A stretch of 63,529 nt of DNA, filler included, from Reclinomonas americana ATCC 50394 (GCA_048213135.1; 11 parts of 10 records of this genome joined end to end with filler, not necessarily neighbours in it); one strand, 5' to 3'. Counted from the first letter of the whole stretch, positions 39,398-52,660 are shown. The notes: a model not told the origin generated them from the sequence alone. Program-made: numbers and translations.

Positions 39398-42300
39398 ATG
39401 GACGCAGAGCTCAGTCACCTCGTGTACTTGGACTACAATGCATCGACGCCCATCTGCACAGCTGCACGCGAGGCAATGCTCCCTTTCCTCGGTGCTTTCT
39501 TTGGCAATCCGAGCAGCTCACACGCTTTCGGAGTCGCACAAGTTCCTCTCTCTCACACACTCTCACTCGTGTGTGTGTGCAGTCTCTTACTCTCTCTGTG
39601 CCACAGAGGAAAGCAATTGAGAAAGCGCGGCAGCAGGTGGCCAGTGCGTTGAGAGTGACTGGAGGTCCCGATGAGATCATCTTCACCTCGGGAGGCAGTG
39701 AGAGCAACAACTATGCGATCAAGGGTGCAGTGATGCGGGCGAGGTGAGGGGCACTGTGATAAGAGAGAGAGAGAGGAGGGGAGGGGGGGGGGAGGGAGGG
39801 AGGGAGGAGGAGGAGGGAGAGAGAGAGAGAGAGAGGTAGGGAGTGCGAGGACGAAGACGAAGAACGAANNNNNNNNNNNNNNNNNNNNNNNNNNNNNNNN
39901 NNNNNNNNNNNNTTAATTAATTAANNNNNNNNNNNNNNNNNNNNNNNNNNNNNNNNNNNNNNNNNNNNAGGCAGACTGCCTTACAGGCATACAGGCAGGC
40001 AGGCAAACAGACAAGCAGACAGACAGCCAGACAAGCAGACAGTACGACGTTCCCCCTCACTCCCTTTGCCTCTCCTTCTCTCCCCCTTTGCCCTTCTCCC
40101 TGGAACAGTGCTCTGTACCTCAACAACGCCGGCGGTCACATTATTACGAGCAACGTGGAGCATCCGGCTGTGCTGGAGGTGTGTCGCGCACTGGAAAAAT
40201 CCGTGCCGGCGTTCACTGTGTCGTACGTGGAGGCCGATGAGAGTGGTCTCGTGTCGGCCGACGCAGTCATGCGAGCGGTGCGCGATGACACGCTCCTCAT
40301 CACCATCATGCACGTCAACAACGAGGTCGGCACGGTGAACCCGATTGCGGAGATTTGTCGGCGCGTGAGGGAGCTGAATGCGGCGCAGCCTGGTCGCCGG
40401 GCGCCGGTGCTGGTGCACACGGATGCGGCGCAGTCCATTGGCAAGATCCCTACGTTTGTCGACGAGTTGGGTGTGGATCTTCTGTCGGTGTGCTCGCACA
40501 AGTTCTACGGACCGAAAGGTGTCGGGGCGCTGTACATTCGACGCGGTGTGCAGCTGGAGAAGCAGTTGCATGGAGGTGAGAGACTGTGTGTGTGCGTGAG
40601 AGCTGGTCACGGCCCTGAATGTCTCTGTGTGTGTGTGCAGCCAATCACGAGCGCAACATGAGACCAGGCACGGAGAATGTGTTGGAGATTGTCGGCATGG
40701 GTGCCGCCATTGAGGACATGGTGCGCAATCTCGACAAGAACGCGGCGCACATGCGACGCATGCGGGACGCGCTGCACACGGCACTCGAGGCAGCGTTTCC
40801 GCCGCCCCTCACACGCCTGAATGGCCACCCCACGGAGCGCCTGCCCAACACACTCAAGTTTCGTTGTCCAGCGATCATCTCGTTCTCTCTTCACTGCTGT
40901 TGATAGTTACTTCTGCGCGCCCCCACGTAGCATCGGCTTCCGCAACGTGGAGGGCAGCTCGGTGCTGGATGCGTTGAGCGACACGCTGGCGGCGTCCGCT
41001 GGAGCCGCCTGTCACAGTGGCGACGATGCCATCTCGTACGTGTTGCGCGCGATGCACGTGCCGGAGGAGTACTCTCGCGGCTCCTTGCGTCTGTCCACTG
41101 GCGTGCTGACCACGGAGGAGGAGCTGGAGCGCATTATGCCCAAGTTCATCGAGGTGGTGCGAGGACTGATGCCAAAGGAGGAGGCACAAGACGGGGAGGA
41201 GGAGGAAGGGGAGGCGTGTGCGTTTCTGCATGCAGATTTGAAGTTGCGGCATCGCTGTGCCGCAGTTGTGGTCTTCGTTTCCTCCAGCTGACGGTGCGTG
41301 GTGTGCAGGTCGATTCGACTCACCACCACCACCCACGGTCTGGGCTGCGGGTGCAAGCTGCGTCCGCAACTGCTGGAGCAGGTGTTGCGGAATCTGCCGC
41401 CCCCCTCCGATCCCAACGTGCTGGTGGCCACCTCGACGGCAGACGACGCTGGCATCTACAAACTCAGCGACACGCTGGCCCTGGTGCAGACCGTCGATTT
41501 TTTCACACCCGTGGTCGACGATGCGTACATGTTTGGCGCCATTGCCGCCGCCAATGCCATATCTGATGTGTGCGTACACTTGTGGCGGTGCATTCCCCTC
41601 GATGCTCGTGCCAACCACCTCTTCCTCCAGGTATGCCATGGGTGGCATTCCGCTGACGGCGCTGAATATCGTCGGCTTCCCGTCGTCTCGATTGCCGCTG
41701 GCGGTGCTGGAGGCGGTGTTGCGGGGCGCCGCAGACAAGGCCGCCGAGGCTGGCGTCTCCATTCTTGGCGGTGAGTGCAGTGCAGATCGCAGTGCTTTCT
41801 ATGGTGATGCTTATTGCGGGCAGGCCACTCGGTGGAGGACCTGGAACTCAAGTTTGGCATGGCGGTGACGGGAACAGTGCACCCGGATCGTGTGTGGTCG
41901 AATGCCACCATGGAGGCCAACGACGTGCTGATTCTGACAAAGCCACGTAAGTTTTTTTCAGCCCATTTTCTTTGTGCTCTGTGTGTGCGAGACTCACGTG
42001 CTGTCGACAGTCGGAGTTGGCATTCTGAGCACAGCGGTGAAACGGCGAATGGTCGACGATAGCACGGCGCAGCTTGCAGCGCGAACCATGGCTCATTTGA
42101 ACAAGTACGCCGCCGAGTGTGTGCTGAAGACGCAACTCCGTGTCACTGTGCATGCGTGCACCGACGTGACGGTGAGAGAGTGTCTATGTCGGCGGCTGTG
42201 CGATCGTGATCTGATATTGACTCTCAACAGGGATTCGGTCTGCTCGGCCACCTGCGCGAGATGGTGGGAGGCAGTCGTGCGCGGGCAGGTCACGAGCAAC

Positions 42301-42704
42301 TGGTGTGCGAGTTGTACACATCGGCAGTCCCCTTCCTGCCGCACGTGGAGGAGCTCGCTGTCGGCAATGTGGCTATTCCGGGCGGCACTCGCGACAATCT
42401 CGCATACTCCGCCTCCAGCACAAACTTTGAGCCGAGTTGCGCCTCACGTATAGTCGCTTGCTACTGACTCGAAACTCACACACTTTCCGTTGGTGCAGGC
42501 ATTCCCCAACACATGCGCCTGATGCTGGCCGATTCGCAGACGTCGGGCGGTCTGCTGCTGTGCGTGTCTGGCGAGGATGTGGAGGCACTCGTCGACGAGC
42601 TGCGCAGTGTCACTGACGGCGTCGCGTGTGTGATTGGGCGTGTGCGGAACGGCAGTCCCGACGAAGCACCTGTGCAGGTGCTCAGAGAAGCGCCCGCTGA
42701 ATGA
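39398..42704 (+). CDS. Selenocysteine lyase/NifS-like domain fused to a Cys-type selenophosphate synthetase (SelD/SPS)
   Basis: [60 protein letters not shown]. Then spliced to [60 protein letters not shown]. Confidence 0.88.
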
Positions 42705-42729
42705 AGGAGTCGGAAAGCAACACAATTGT

Positions 42730-45700
42730 TTATGAGCATGGACATAATCGGGTGGTGTGCGGGTGCTGACTCGTGCACTGCGGCACCTCCTCTGTGATGA
42801 GACATCGTTCTGTGGAGACACACACAAAGGGGATGAGGAGGCAGGCTTCTGCATAACTGCAATCGCAGGGAGACGCACGATAGTTGCGGTCGCGAGATTC
42901 GGGCACATAGACGGGGATTTCCGTGCCCCATTCAAGGAAACAGCCTACAAGATGGTCGTGAGCGACGCAGCTCGTTTCGGCAAGCGTGCAACACAAACTT
43001 CGTACCTCGCTGACTGCCGCATTCAAAGAACTCATACAACGTGTGGCAGTGGTTGATGTAATCAAAGCTCGACGACTCGCACGACAGACCGACATTGGCA
43101 CACGCTGCACCAAACACAAGAATTGAACACCCACCACGTGTGGCCCCGTTCTCATGGATTCCAAGCCACACGCACCATTGACGCAGTTCTGATCCCGCTC
43201 CGCGCGCACAACTTGAATGTTCTCCAACGCCTTTTCCAAATCGTTGGCATACGTCTGTGTACCCGCGCGTGAGCTAACAATGCCACTGCCTCTTCTCTCT
43301 CTCTCTCTTTCCAGCCTCGCACGCAACTGGAACGTAGGGCGAGAGCGTGGCACTGGCCAGAATCAGTACGTGCTTGCCGTGCAAGTTGTAGAGGATCTGC
43401 GCGTGGCGGTGGTGCGCACGCGGGGTGGACCACAGGCCGAGTGCCCCGGCAATGCCAGCGAATGCAGGCTTGGCGTACGGAACCAGGAAGACGCCGGGCG
43501 CACGACTCTCCAGCGACTGGAAGTTGGAAAAGTTCGTCTCCAGCACCGTGGCCATCGAGAGCAGTTTGCGCAAGTCCCGTTCGTGTTCCTGCGAGAGGGG
43601 GGAGGTGGGGAAAGGGAAGGGAAAGGGTAAGGGGAAAGGGAGGAGGGGGGAGGGGAGAAGACCGAAGGGGGGAAGGGGGGAGACCGAAGGGGGGAAGACC
43701 AAAGGGGGAAGACCCAAGGGGGGGACCGAAGGGGGAAGACCGAAGGGGGAAGCCCGAAGGGGAAGCCCGAAGGGGAAGCCCGAAGGGGGGAAGGCGAAGA
43801 GGGACTGAGAGGAAGAGGTCCATACCTGGAAAAGCATACGAGAGACATCACCGAGATAGACGTCGGGCTTGTCGGCAAATGCCACGTTGCGGAAGAAACG
43901 ATCGTACTCGGCATTGTTCACGTCTGCTTGACACAGGTTGAGAATGTGTCTGCTCGTGTACGCACGAGTCCAGCGACGCAACTGGTGCCTGTCTCGCCAA
44001 TGTTGTAATTGCGCGAGATCTCTGGAACGACACACTGGCGTCCACGATTCACAGAGTCGATGCGCATGCCGTGGTCCCAGTGGTCGTTGGACCATGAGTT
44101 GCGAATCTGCATGAATGAAGACAGACAAGGTGTGAGCCACAGCACGATAGAGACGAGGTGAATGCTTTCGACTACCGAGGAGAGTCTTCGCACAACAAAC
44201 CTCCATCCACACTTCACGACTGAGCATCCAACCGAGACCCGGGAAGAAGCTGGTTCTTCGCAACCGTGCCAGATTCTGCTCCACCAGATGGTTGAAACCG
44301 TTGTCGTTCCACGTCGACACGCACCACAGTGACGGATCGGCAGCCAGCAACGGCGCCAGCTGCTCGAAGAATTGCAGCAGATCAGGCGAGAACAACATGT
44401 CTGCACACAGTCGTGTATGAGAGAGAGAGAGAGAAAGAAAGGCTGCGCTTTGCCCGCATACAAAGCCACCAACCGTCCTCGAGCAGAATGGCGTGCGTGT
44501 GCTTCTTTTGCACAAACACGCGATCGAGAGCCTCCCTGCACCACGCGCTCATGAGCACAGCAAAATGTGTACGCCCGACTCGCAACGCGAGGTGACACGT
44601 ACTTGTAATGCGCTGCAATAAACGCCGTGCCAGTCTCCTGTGCGCCCGGAAGACGTACGTGATCGCGCTGCACGTGCACGAAGCTCGGATTTGCGGCCTG
44701 CACCAGCGGCCCGATGCGCCGTCCGCGCCCATCCTCCGACACATACACCGTGATGTCTCCCACAAGACGCACTTTGTTCAGACTCTCCAACGTGCGCTGG
44801 AGGTACGTGGTGCGATCATACGTCAATACGATAACAGCGGCGTCCTTCAAGTACTTGAGCGATTGCTGTGCGAGAGAGACAGGTCTGAGCGAAAACGACT
44901 AGCGTTCGTCACAGCGTGACGTGGAGACGAAACTGGAGCCTTTCCGCTCTCAATGTACACACTATCGACCCTCTCAGCCGCCACCCACTCGCGCGTGCCC
45001 GGCAGCCGTCGTTCATGCGACGCCCGCACCAGATCCAAGTACGGCAGATACTCGGGAAAGTCCCGCTGCGATTGCGCCATCACCTGCACCAACAGCAGAG
45101 TCAACACGCGCCGCACAGTCTCTCACATGCCATGCACAACTCGCACCATCCGCAGCTGCACGCCCTTGCCGGGCGGGAACAACTTCTTCGGCATCGCATC
45201 CGGTCGGATCAACACTGGCTGCGTGACAGCTGCGCCCTCCTCCTCACCACCTGCATCATCCTCATCCCCACCAGTCGACGACGACACTGGCGATTCCACA
45301 GGCGGTTCTGGCTCCACAGAAGGCGGTTCCAGATCCAGCGGATTCTGCTCACACCAACGATTAAGCGGTGGTGGATTTCTCATTTCTACTCAATTGCAAA
45401 CTGACCGATTCCTCTGTTGTCTCGCTCACTGGTGGAGGAGGTGGAGGAGGTGCAGGTCGCCTCTTCTTTGACTTGCCACCACGTCGTTTCCTTCGCTGTT
45501 TTTGCTGTGGTGTTGGCGACTGCTCTTGTTCCTCTCGTCGTCGACGAATGTCATCCAACTGAGCTGCGTATCGATCAATGCGCTGACGGAAGGCCGCAGT
45601 GCCGGGAATGTCAGCGGAGGCTGTCTGTGACTCCTCCTCCTGTGACATGTCACCTCCAGTTGAGTTGTTGTTGTTGCGTGTGAGCTGGAAGAGGAGAATG

Positions 45701-45771
45701 AGGCCGGTCAGGCAGAGAATGGCGGTGATGGTGTGTGTGCTTGTCCATTGGCGACGGACGAGCAGTGCCAT
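42730..45771 (-). CDS. GT13 (MGAT1/POMGNT1-like) N-acetylglucosaminyltransferase with a C-terminal Cys-rich domain
   Basis: Type II TM anchor. VSEDG, IAAHYK, ILLEDDMLFSPD, CVSTWNDNG, RTSFFPGLGWML, WDHGMR, PEISRNYNIG. C-terminus ..RLCPCS*. Confidence 0.87.
43595..43805. repeat. G-rich short tandem repeat (GACCGAAGGGGG-like) in GT13 intron
   Basis: Repeated (a/g)ccgaaggggg(a) units. Confidence 0.75.
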
Positions 45772-46328
45772 CGTCGCGCGCGTGCCAACACAAAGTGATT
45801 CGTGGCAGGACATTTCGTGACAAGTGTCACTTTCGTTGAATGTGAGTGTGTGTGTGTGGCGAGAAGGGTAGAGGTGGAGTGGTGTACTTGGCTTTCCCGT
45901 CTACATGCGTTCTTGGTTGTTTCTGAGAGACGTCGACGTCGATCGATATCGCGACGTTTATTGCTTGCAACACGAACAGCACCGATTCTCCGTTTACAGC
46001 CACGAAAGCAACTGCGTGGTAGTGGCTCTGGTGATCGAGTATCTGCAACGCACACACCAGAACGCAAAGCGTTGGCAGCTGCATTGCAGTAAAAGGAAAA
46101 TCCGTCCTAAATCTTGCAACGTCGCCTGGTTTCGCATGAGCACGATGGAGCACGGTAACAGAGGCATCTTCTAGCTGCTGCGGACGTGGACCTTCCCACA
46201 GATCACGACTCAAAATTCTGTACTGTATTTTTTGCTAAACAATTGCTTGGTTTTCTCTTCGTGCTCTTTCTCTCAAAACTTTCTCTCTCGCTCGTCCACG
46301 CCGCGGACTGGCTCGCCAGGTCGACCGC

Positions 46329-47355
46329 TCATGTGGCCATGTGCGCTCGTCGCGACGGCACCGCGTCTTCGACCACCGATCCACCCGGTGACATGACATT
46401 GATGGTCGGCGGCGACTTGACATCGTCGTGCGACACAATGCCCGAGCCACCGACTCCACCACTCTGGCCGCCAACACGCACCGCGGGCACGGTCAGCGAC
46501 GAGGACTTGGGCGACTTGCTGCCGGCAGCACCGCCCGAAAAGTGCTCCTGCATGATCATGCGACCCTGCTCCGCCATCTGCTTGGCCATCGCTCGCAGCT
46601 GCACATCGGTTTGGATCTGTCGCAGTCTTCTGCGCACCGGATCGCTCTTCAGCTTGCCACCACCACCACCCTGTATCGCGTTATTCCATGAGATATCGAA
46701 TCCGGACACAACACCAACAAAAGAGAGCACAAAGACGCACCGTGGTGGACGCCATGCTCTGTGGAGTCGACGGCCGCCCCGCTCCACCTGCATGACTCGG
46801 CGACAACATCGCCGCCTGCTGTGCAGCAGCTGTCCTGGCACTCTCCAACGCCGTCTGCAAGCCCAACACCTCCATCTCCAGCTGCATAATGCGCCGATCG
46901 CGCTGCGCCATCAGCTCCTGCAACATGAGGTTCTCCGCCCACAGTTGCCGATTCTCATCAAAGAGTGTGTCGCCTTCCATGGTCGCCTGACTCAGCGCGT
47001 CGCGAAGTGAGGCTGCCTCGTGATCGGAAAAGTCCTGTTAGGAGGGGGAAAGGCGGAGAGTGAGCGGAGTGTGTGAGGCAAGTTGTGTGTGTGTGTGTGT
47101 GTGACACAGAGTGTGTGTGTAGAGAAGAAGGCTATGTTTGGCACGAATTGTGTCCCAACCTCAAGTGAGGGCGAGAGTGTGTCTCTGTGTGATCACTCTC
47201 TGTCTCTCTCTCTTGTGTGTGTGTGCGTTGTGAGAAGGTGTGTGTTGTGTGTGTGACAGAGTGGAAGACGAGGTCGCTTTTGTGTGTGTGTCTGACTGTG
47301 TGTGTCTCACCTCTGTCGCGTCGCCCGCACTGTGATCATCCACGAAATCCATCAT
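46329..47355 (-). CDS. Hypothetical coiled-coil protein
   Basis: Spliced MMDFVDDHSAGDATE|DFSDHEAASLRDAL..ENLMLQELMAQRDRRIMQLEMEV. Good splice sites. Confidence 0.55.
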
Positions 47356-47684
47356 TGCGCGCTGTTCTCTCTCTCTCTTTCTGTTTGTGTGTGTGTTGCG
47401 CGCGCAAGTGTGTGTGTTGCTTGTTCTCTCTCGCTCACTCGTAATCAATTTGTCGGAGAAAGTTTATGGTGTTTGTTATTCCGTGTGTACTCTCTTGCTT
47501 ATTAGTGATCTATTTTGGCAGTGTCGACGACAATGAGTGGTGATGAGGTTGTTGTTGTTGTTGTGGATTATGACAGTGCGATTGATGGGAAGATGACGGT
47601 GATGGAGGAGGCGGTTGTGGGTGATGATATGGATGGAAGGGCGACGAGAGTTGCGTGATTCCAGGGAGGAAGGAGGAGACGAGC

Positions 47685-48425
47685 TTCTGTCTCGAGTCTG
47701 TTGATCTCGATCTTCATGTGTGAGAAGCACTGAAAGTGCTATCTGTCCGTCCGTTGATCGTGAGCGTGTGAGACCAGGAAGCATGATGAAGAAGGAGGAG
47801 AGCGAGAGAACACGTCTATCCTCTGTCTCGAGTCTGTTGATCTCGATCTTCATGTGTGAGAAGCACTTTAAAATACTGTTGCCCCTGCATGGAGGATCTG
47901 TCTCGAGTCTGCTGATCGTGAGCGTGTGAGACTGGTTGATGAAGAAGGAGGAGAAGGAGGAGAACACGTCTATCCTCTGTCTCGAGTCTGTTGATCTCGA
48001 TCTTCATGCAGGAGAAGCACTGAAAGTGCTGTCTGCTCTGCATGGATGATCTGTCTCGAGTCCGTTGATCGTGAGCTTGTGAGACCAGGTGATGAAGGAG
48101 GAGAACACAGCTATCTGTCTCGAGTCTGCTGATCTCGATCTTCATGCAGGAGAAGCAAAAGTGCTATCTGCCCTGCGTGAATGATTTGTCTCGAGTCTGC
48201 TGATCGTGAGCGTGTGAGACCAGGAAGCGCGATGAAGAAGGAGGAGAAGGAGGAGAAGACACTAGATCTGTGTTCAGTCTCAGGGAGAGCAGTCTTTTGT
48301 ATCGTTTGCACTTTGTGTGTCGAATCTGTGAGTCAATTGTCGTGCCTGTTGAGAAGGGCAGAGAAAGTACTGTCCTCCTTGCCTTGTCTCGAGTCTGTTG
48401 ATCGTGAACGCGAGACCAGGAAGCG
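47685..48425. repeat. Complex higher-order tandem repeat (TGTCTCGAGTCTG-TGATC core)
   Basis: Alternating units tgtctcgagtctgttgatctcgatcttcatg and gatcgtgagcgtgtgagaccagg..gaagaaggaggag, ~5 cycles. Confidence 0.85.
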
Positions 48426-48692
48426 CGGCGAGTCCGCTGATGAATAGGAGGCGAGAAAACACCTTTCATTTCCCTGTTCTGTACATGCCATTCTGGCCTC
48501 TGTATGCCTTCCTGCTCAGATCGTTGCCACTGCTCCTCTCGTGCTCTCTGTCCTTCTTGCTTCCTTCCACTCTCTCACATCGCTCATTGCTTTTCCCCTC
48601 GATCGCAGTGCCCGGAATGGTGCGACGATCATCCCTCCACCCATCCACTCTTGCTCGTGTTGTTCTCACGTGACTCCCTCATTTTGTCGCAG

Positions 48693-49398
48693 GGGCGTGG
48701 AGTTTGAGGGTGCCAAACACGCGTTCTTCCACATGACAGCTGAAACGTGGGAGGCCATGGTACGCGAGGGCAATCGGTGTGAGCGGACTCGGTTGGTGTT
48801 GGAAACGGTGCGCGATCGATGTGGACATTATACGTATCGCCACGCTCATATTCTCACCTCGCATGTCACATCGCAGTTGTATCTTCTCACAGGGGAGCGA
48901 TTCTGCATCGGTGCCAGTGCCGAGGGGAGGTGAGGATGCATTATCGAGAAGGGCAGTCGCTTATCTTCCCACTCAAACCGCCTGCTTCTCGCAGGTGGCA
49001 TGACGTGTTGCACGCTTCACGCGGCGCTCATCCGACTCCTCTTCTGCGAGGTGAGCGGTTGTGGTATGTGTGACGAGCACTACATCCGAGTGTTGCTCAC
49101 CCGCGTTGACAGGAATTCGTGACACATCGGTGGAAGACTTTGTTCGCGGTATGTGTGTGTGCTCTGCGACACCGTGCTCATGCCGCCGCCACCACTGACT
49201 TCGTCTTCTCTCTATGCAGACGAGCCCCGTGTGCAGCGGTATCGGCAACGCATCAGCATGCTACAACGTGCCGATCTATCCACCGTGTCCAACACTGTCC
49301 GACAGGCTGCGGAGTTCGCGCTGCGTGCGTGGGAGATTGTGCTCGAGCAAAAGGAGGCGACGCCGACCACGGCACTGCAGCGTATGACGTCGGCATGA
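48693..49398 (+). CDS. Hypothetical protein (5' end unresolved)
   Basis: Chain of short exons with GT-AG introns ending ..TTALQRMTSA*. No family recognised. Confidence 0.4.
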
Positions 49399-49563
49399 GA
49401 CACTTGGGATGATCCATTCTCGACACGCAGACACGGCCCGCCATTGCATCGGCCAACACAGCGGCGATCACCAACTAACAAGATCGCGGAGCCTTTTTTA
49501 CCATAGGATGATTTCCAATGAGACTGAGAAAGAGAGAGAGACGAGAGATGGGAGCGCACACTT

Positions 49564-50734
49564 CTAGATCCACTTGATGGGTTTTGTGAGCGGCAATGAA
49601 AAGTTGAGTTCTGACTTGTACAACTCGGCCACACCTGACCACGAAAGAAAAGAACTTTAGCATAGTTTTCCCAGCCGTGATAACATGATGTGGTGTACGC
49701 ACCCAAGTAGATGGCACCCGCACCACCAGCAAAGCCAAAATAGCTGCGCGTGGACAAGAAGAAGACGATTACGACGTGCGATGGCGGACAGACAAGCATT
49801 CCAACTCACCCTGCAGCCTTCGTGGCGTCTGCGTGGTGCTCGCCAATCGACAGCAGGAAGAAGGTGAGGAGAATGGCGACAAAGATGGAGACCAGTGCGG
49901 CGTTCTTGCGCAGTGAGACCACCATGAATAGCGTTGTCAGTACACCCCACAGGATGAAGTAGAGTGTTTCTCCGGTGACGGTGGAGATCGGGTTGACGGT
50001 GTTGGTGGCGGCCAGGATGTTGCGCACAAAGAACGACATCCAGAACGTGCCGTATCTGCGCTTTGCGTCGCGTCAGAAGTGACAAAGGCGGAAGAAAGAG
50101 TGTGTTGGTGCACATACAGGGGACGCAACGATGAAAACACCACAGCCGGGAACGTCTCGCCACGAACAAACTCGAGAATGCCGCCGACAAACTGGCCAAT
50201 GCCGCCAAAGAGCAGAGCGTATCTGTGATGTGCAGAGTGTACGGTGAGTGCGCTGCCCGGGAGGCATGAGGCGAGGCTGTGACACTACGCAACGCGTACA
50301 CCGTGCCGAGGAACGGTTTCTGCGGCAATCAGAGGGAGTAAGGATGGGCATTTCTCGTCGTCAAGCACCAAGACGTCGCACGCAACCTCCACCCAGCCGG
50401 TGAGTACAAACGTCAGCATGCAAGTTGTCATGCCAAAGCCGAGCAGACCAAGCTGAGGCGGGCACTCGTGAGCAACCAAGATTAATATATATGAATCCTC
50501 CTCGACATTGGCAGACGCAACAGGACCCGAGTTGCCCATGGAGGGCGGGTGGATCAGCGCCTCGCGCACACCGGCAGCTGCCGCGGCAGCCACCTCGGCC
50601 ACCTCGTCGGCTGTGATGTGACGCATGGAGAGCGACTGTGCTGATGGCGAGCGATCCTGCATCTCAATGTCCACATTCGTGACATCGACATCGCGTCCGG
50701 CCGCCGTCTTCTTCATCGGCACCGCCACCTCCAT
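49564..50734 (-). CDS. GPR1/FUN34/YaaH (AceTr/SatP) acetate transporter family
   Basis: GNSGPLGLLGFGMTT, FGGIGQF..GILEF, FSSYGTFW, AAGYFG..YLGVAEL. Confidence 0.9.
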
Positions 50735-51039
50735 GTTGGATCGTTGTTGTGTGCGCGCCGTGCCATTGGTGCCAGCTGTGTGTGTGGTGAGCGGCACTGG
50801 CCACAGGAGGATGATCATGACGACGACATTAGAAATACCTGCATCGTTGAGGGACGCCACCCCCAAGCTCTGGTCCAAATCGTGCCACAGTCGCATGAAG
50901 CTGGTGTAGGCAGCCGAGTTGGGCGTCTCTGGCTCTCGGGGCGGTAGCCGTGAGGCCAGCAGGTCAATGCACAGCAGTCTGTCGGATAGAGGGAGTGAGG
51001 GGAGGGCGTAGGGAGAAGAAGAACTGTGAGTGGGAGAAA

Positions 51040-52102
51040 CGAAACTTCGAGTCCGACTCGCCCGCTTCTCGTGTCGCCGCGGCAGTGACGAACGACTGCA
51101 TCATGCTGTCGGTGATGCCTGCAGCCGCCAATTCGTCCTCGAGCTGGCTCACGCGCGCGGCGTTTTCGGCACGCACCACGTCGTCGGCCTGGGAGATGGA
51201 TGAACTGCGCGAATGACAATGGGTGTCAAGACTTGGTGTGCGAGGAGGCAGTGTGGATCGAAAGCGCAACGCAACAGCAGCGCCTCTTCCGAGTTGTCAA
51301 TCTGCCGCCTCTCGGCCAGCAGCTCGGAGCGCATTTGGTTGATTGCTTGGCGTTTGAGGTCGGCGGTGGAGGTCTAAGAGAGGGGCAAAGGGAGAGTGAG
51401 GAGGAGGAGAAGGGAAGTGAGAAGGGAGAAGGGGGAGCGAAGGGAGAAGGGGAAGTGAAAGGAGAAGGGGGAGGAGGAGAAGGAGGAGGAGGAAGAAGAA
51501 GGAGGAGGAGGAGGAGGAAGTGAAGAAGATGGAGAACAAGAAGAACAAGGAGAAGATGAAGAAGACAAGTGCAAGAAGCAGAAAAGAATAATGTGGGAAA
51601 GAGCAGAGAGAAAGAGAGAGAGAGAGAGAGCTTGCAACATAAAGGCGGATGGAATCAACAAAGAGTTAAGATACGCGGAAGAAGAGGGTGGGCAGCAAGA
51701 AACACAGAGATCTGCATGACAGCGATCAACAAACAGACGCCGGAGAGAGAACACTGACACGAGTATGGGTACATGCAAACGACTGAAATCGCAGGCAGAA
51801 ACATGGAGGAAGAAGACAACGACAGAAAGAGAGAGAGAGACGGAGAGAAGCAGTGAGACAGACAAGCCGGAGCCCTGACGACCGCTCTCGAATATCGAAA
51901 AGCACGGACGCTGACAGAAAACGGGAGAGAGAGAGAGAGAGAGCGAGAGAGAGCGAGAGAGAGCGAGAGCGAGAGAGAGCGAGAAAGTGAGAGAGAGTGA
52001 CAGAGAGAGAGAGGGAGGAGGAAGGAAAACAGCACAGATGACAGAGTTCGAATATCGAGAATCACGAACACATGCAGAGATAAGATAGGGGAGAGAGAGG
52101 GA

Positions 52103-52133
<31 letters not shown>

Positions 52134-52660
52134 CAAACAAGAGGACAACAGAGATATGCAACCGCACTCGCCCACACGATCGTTGCGAATTGATCAACCA
52201 ATCATCATGACAACAAACGCACCGTGGAAGCCGGCGACGAAAACGAGGCACCGCCCTCCGCCATTCGTTGTGCTCTCGCATGCACCGCCACTCGTTGCGC
52301 ATTGATGCACTGCTCACGTTCCGCACTGATCGAAAAGTTAACAGTGAGCGCTGCGAGTGCTGCAATCGCATCTTTTTTCTCCTTGCCACTCACCCACTCT
52401 CTCTCCCTCTCTCACTCACTCACCCACTCTCTCACTCACTCACTCACTCACTCTCTCTCTCTATCCCTCTCACTCTCTCTCCCGCTCTCGTTCTCTCTCA
52501 CTCACCGGAACGCCGCACGGATGACACGCTGTCGGTTGATTGCGTCGACGGTGGAGGCAGCCAGCTCCGCGCGCACCACTGTCAGCTGTGTCAACAGACT
52601 GGCGTTCTGCTGCAGCAGTGCTGCTGTGATGACTCGCCCTGCAATGTGTCATGATGATGA
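51040..52660 (-). CDS. Possible hypothetical coiled-coil protein (fragmentary exons among GA-rich tracts)
   Basis: Helical segments LLQQNASLLTQLTVVRAEL and MRSELLAERRQID..VRAENAARVSQLEDEL, with plausible splice sites. Confidence 0.3.

Noticed and set aside
39289..39400. Possible TGA (Sec) read-through fusing the methyltransferase to the lyase
   Set aside because: The TGA is not in frame with the lyase ORF, and I found no phase-compatible splice.
47685..48425. CRISPR-like appearance of regularly spaced cores
   Set aside because: Spacers are repetitive, the context is eukaryotic and there are no cas genes.
51374..52389. Long ORFs rich in SL/ER/TH dipeptides (here and throughout)
   Set aside because: Translations of (GA)n/(CA)n microsatellites or antisense shadows of real exons.
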